Assembly: GCA_964587945.1 (NCBI GenBank)
Contig: CAZPNC010000006.1
Span: 8,792 to 72,791, forward strand
Direction: 5' to 3'
DNA length: 64,000 nt
Source: an uncultured Prevotella sp.
Lineage (GTDB): Bacteria; Bacteroidota; Bacteroidia; Bacteroidales; Bacteroidaceae
The notes below the pieces were generated by a model. That model saw only the letters and a program-made list of their open reading frames with translations, was not told the origin of the DNA and made no database searches. Made by a program: the position numbers and the translations under genes. This document shows positions 60,920 through 64,000 of the stretch, in pieces; positions within the stretch are counted from its first letter, which is position 1; every line of letters begins with the position of its first letter.

Positions 60920-62722
60920 TTACTCCTCATGTGGTTTGAACACAATGCAGTCTATTCTAATTGTCTTGGTGTGTGTTCCTGCATTAACCTGTGTATTGGA
61001 GACTCGTCCATCAATGAGCATCTTCACCTGTGCATCACTTACAGCATAAGAAGATGTAGGGAAGATGTATGTTCCGACTAAGACGGAGTCAACGCTGACA
61101 CCATCTTTGTTACTAAGTTTATCAACATATGTTGCCGTTGTGGGACTGTTAGGAATCTTACTTTTGTCATTACCTGGGAAAACCGGATACTTGGTGATTT
61201 CATCTGGGTTTGCCGCATAGTCAACACCTTTCTGTATATAATACATGTTACCGTCCGTACCATGACACTGCATTGCACAACGGATGATTGTAGGCAACCT
61301 TTGCGAAGCCACCGCAAGAGTATCACCAGCCTCTGCCGGTGCCAGCACAACATAGACATCATAAGGCACGCCGGAAAGAACATTGCGGACATCAAACAGG
61401 GCATTGCTGACATTGGAAGCGCCAGATGGTGCTATCTCTATATAGCCATGACCGGAAACCTGATTGTAAAACTTGCTGTCATTGCTCACTGTGTAATAGA
61501 CAGCAGGCAGAGTATTTCCCTTACTGTTTGTGGAACTCTTGATATTAAGGGAGTCAATGGTCTTACTGGACTCTGCCTCCATAACAATCTCACGCACGAA
61601 GGTCTGCTTGCGATTTATCTTCCATTCGTTAGCCTTCTTGATGGAACCGTTACTCAAAGAGACATTCTTGGTTCCTGTAAATATACCATCAGCATCAAAT
61701 GGCTTGTCATATATATAATACCTCTTGGAATATGAACCATACATATATTCCCTGGCACTGTAAGGGATAGCATTGGTAGACATAACAGAGTCGATAGCCG
61801 TAGTAGTTGCAAGCAGTTTCGGATTGTCACTTGTGCTGAATATCGTACCACCTATAATGTTTATACGTGGAAAGATGTATTCAAAGGAATCACGCTCTGC
61901 AACCTGACGGTCATACTTGAAGTATTTACGGTTCTGCTCCAATTGTGCTTTCCATACATCGTTTGTAGGTGCAAGCATCACATAGTTACTGTCCTCTGAA
62001 TTTATCAAGGCTCCAAGCATATTGGTAAGAACCTCATTCTGTGTAACAGTGACAGAATCAAGATAATTTATCTTGCCATCAATGATTTCACCCGGTACAC
62101 TCTCTTCCGCTTTAAATTTCTCTATATTATAATGGTAGAGAAATGTCCTTACACTGTCAAGTTCCGCATCTTTCTCAAGATATTCCATTATGTTTGGTGC
62201 ATAAGTGGATTGTCCGGCTATAGAGAAAAGTATGCCGTTGCCCGTGGTGACATTGCTGCGGACATAGGCGTGGTTGGCAAATGATGAGCCATTGAAGGCT
62301 ATATACTTGCCATTCATCATACTCACTGTGGTATCTGGTGTAGCGGAAGAGACTGAATAGTTATATAGTGCTATATGATTCTGCACAAACTCCTTTATAG
62401 CGGAGTTCTTTGAGTCCTTTACGCCTTTTGCCTTCTGTTCTTTGTATTGCTGTATGATTGCATCACGCTCTGCCTCGGAGAAATTATCGTTGGTAGGAGC
62501 GAATACAGTAAAGACCTGACTGCCATTTAATGCAGTATCATAGCCTGTGGCCTCCAGCACAGACTTGAAATTTGTCAGTTGCTCATCATTACTTATGGCC
62601 TGCCACAAAGAGCCACTGCCAAGAGACGTTGACTCATAGTGTTCATCCCACTCATCGGTACATGAATAACTGACACCGACGAGCATCAGAGCGGCTGCTA
62701 TTATTATCTTGTTATATTTCAT
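60920..62722 (-). CDS. Fasciclin (FAS1) domain surface lipoprotein of the PUL
   Basis: Lipobox SYSC; FTVFAPTN and MLAPTN FAS1-type motifs, NV.TGNGILF. Confidence 0.8.
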   Translation of the reverse strand: MKYNKIIIAAALMLVGVSYSCTDEWDEHYESTSLGSGSLWQAISNDEQLTNFKSVLEATGYDTALNGSQVFTVFAPTNDNFSEAERDAIIQQYKEQKAKGVKDSKNSAIKEFVQNHIALYNYSVSSATPDTTVSMMNGKYIAFNGSSFANHAYVRSNVTTGNGILFSIAGQSTYAPNIMEYLEKDAELDSVRTFLYHYNIEKFKAEESVPGEIIDGKINYLDSVTVTQNEVLTNMLGALINSEDSNYVMLAPTNDVWKAQLEQNRKYFKYDRQVAERDSFEYIFPRINIIGGTIFSTSDNPKLLATTTAIDSVMSTNAIPYSAREYMYGSYSKRYYIYDKPFDADGIFTGTKNVSLSNGSIKKANEWKINRKQTFVREIVMEAESSKTIDSLNIKSSTNSKGNTLPAVYYTVSNDSKFYNQVSGHGYIEIAPSGASNVSNALFDVRNVLSGVPYDVYVVLAPAEAGDTLAVASQRLPTIIRCAMQCHGTDGNMYYIQKGVDYAANPDEITKYPVFPGNDKSKIPNSPTTATYVDKLSNKDGVSVDSVLVGTYIFPTSSYAVSDAQVKMLIDGRVSNTQVNAGTHTKTIRIDCIVFKPHEE

Positions 62723-62878
62723 AGTGATTGTAGAATAAAATGTTTATAGTTAAAAACCAAAAGCCAAGAATTAAAAATTCGAGATTATGCAATGAGGCAT
62801 TTTTCAGCCTTACGCTAACCTTACTTTATAATAAAGACATTGCATAATAACAATTTCTAATTCTTAACTTCCAGATTC

Positions 62879-64000
62879 TTAAAGATCATCCTCTGCCTGT
62901 CCACCATCGTTGACACCATACACACTTTTCGGCACAAGCTCAAGATAGTCGAGCATAGCCTCTTTCTCCTTAGCACGGAAAGTGGATACGTTGCGGATAC
63001 GAAGGATATAGTCCTGACCCGGTTTGATGTGTACTGTACAGAGCACCTTTCTTACAGTAGAAGGTTGCTTGGCAAAACGCTCACCGGTATTGACATTGTT
63101 ATTGGCATCATGGAATATAGAGTAAGGACCTCTGTAATATCCCTTGTTCTTCAATATTTTAAAATCCTCTGCACGTTTCTCGTCATTATCTCTTATAGTG
63201 AGGTAATCCGGGAATGAGGATGCACCGTAAACAGCAGTGGAGTTGATGCGTTCATCCATATTAAGAGGAATACCCTGTGCGGAAATCGTTCCGTTCTTCT
63301 CTCCGAAATAAATCTGGAAAATACCACGTGAAGCTCCTTGGGAAGCATCCATAGGTGCAAATCCAAGACGTATCTGCCAGTCTGTTTCAAACGGTACAGG
63401 AGGAATGACAAAAGAAAGGTCGAACACACCATTGGCTATCATCTCGTCACCGTGCATTGAATAGTAATTACAACGTGGACGACGATAGATGAAGTGACCA
63501 CCGGTATTATTGTCGGTAAAGGTTACATTCTTCAGATAGCCTGCAGGGAAGAAATAGTTCTTGCCATACTTATAAGAATCATCATACCTGCCTACATCAT
63601 CCTTGGTATATGTACCATTCATGCGGATGTTGTTAGACATGATTTCAGGGAAAAGTGTTGAGAAGTCCATACGTATGCGACAGTTCTGCACCACATCACG
63701 GGTTTCAGCATCGAACTTTACGATATCATCTACATAAAAGTAAACGCCGTTATATCCATCAGTGACATATTCAGGCTCGACAGAAGGCAACACATGAGTA
63801 CCACGAACTGTGTAGTGATCATCATAACGACGGTTGATATAGCGGTCGCCGAGCACACCATCGTACCCCTGCCACTTTGCGACGTTAAGACGTTCCATCT
63901 TTATCATAGTATAAGGCAACATCGTAGTGTACCAGTCAGTGGTATTGGCGAGAGCCTTGTCCACACCGACATCATCACGGACAGTAAGGAAATTGTAACC
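62879..64000 (-). CDS. PUL accessory protein, fasciclin/DUF5108-like (5' end outside window)
   Basis: Frame open to the window edge; NGVYFYVDDI, RIRMDF, LDYLELVPKSVY...ED C-terminus resembling fasciclin-type PUL proteins. Confidence 0.6.
   Translation of the reverse strand, partial: GYNFLTVRDDVGVDKALANTTDWYTTMLPYTMIKMERLNVAKWQGYDGVLGDRYINRRYDDHYTVRGTHVLPSVEPEYVTDGYNGVYFYVDDIVKFDAETRDVVQNCRIRMDFSTLFPEIMSNNIRMNGTYTKDDVGRYDDSYKYGKNYFFPAGYLKNVTFTDNNTGGHFIYRRPRCNYYSMHGDEMIANGVFDLSFVIPPVPFETDWQIRLGFAPMDASQGASRGIFQIYFGEKNGTISAQGIPLNMDERINSTAVYGASSFPDYLTIRDNDEKRAEDFKILKNKGYYRGPYSIFHDANNNVNTGERFAKQPSTVRKVLCTVHIKPGQDYILRIRNVSTFRAKEKEAMLDYLELVPKSVYGVNDGGQAEDDL

Overview
Chromosomal segment of a Bacteroidales bacterium, most likely Prevotellaceae. 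This is inferred from the TAnnTTTG/TTTG promoters, the SusC/SusD pair, Prevotella-type T9SS C-terminal tails and the gene repertoire. The first ~45 kb holds housekeeping genes (maeB, maf, type II PanK, ligA, trmD, pgk, kdsC, truA, yebC, pheT, glnS). These are interspersed with stand-alone CAZymes (GH43, GH2, a GH28-GH105 fusion, GH28), an M6 protease with a dockerin-like tail, orphan regulators and a decayed AraC gene. The last ~17.4 kb is the downstream part of a minus-strand polysaccharide utilisation locus: a fasciclin-type lipoprotein, a second PUL accessory protein cut by the window edge, susC, susD, then three T9SS-secreted modular enzymes (a clan GH-A-like ricin/LamG protein, a HExxH zincin, and a GH128-like glucanase with a beta/gamma-crystallin-like module). 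The most notable unannotated signal is a pair of non-coding transcription units, each with its own promoter and terminator. One is a ~95-nt sRNA (35641-35736, -). The other is a ~435-nt purine-rich RNA (45777-46210, -) carrying about five sites complementary to the sRNA 5' region, which makes them a candidate sRNA and multi-site RNA sponge. There are also four intergenic arrays of a 22-bp quasi-palindromic repeat. No rRNA, tRNA, CRISPR, IS or prophage was seen. All family calls come from recognising motifs by eye, with no database search.
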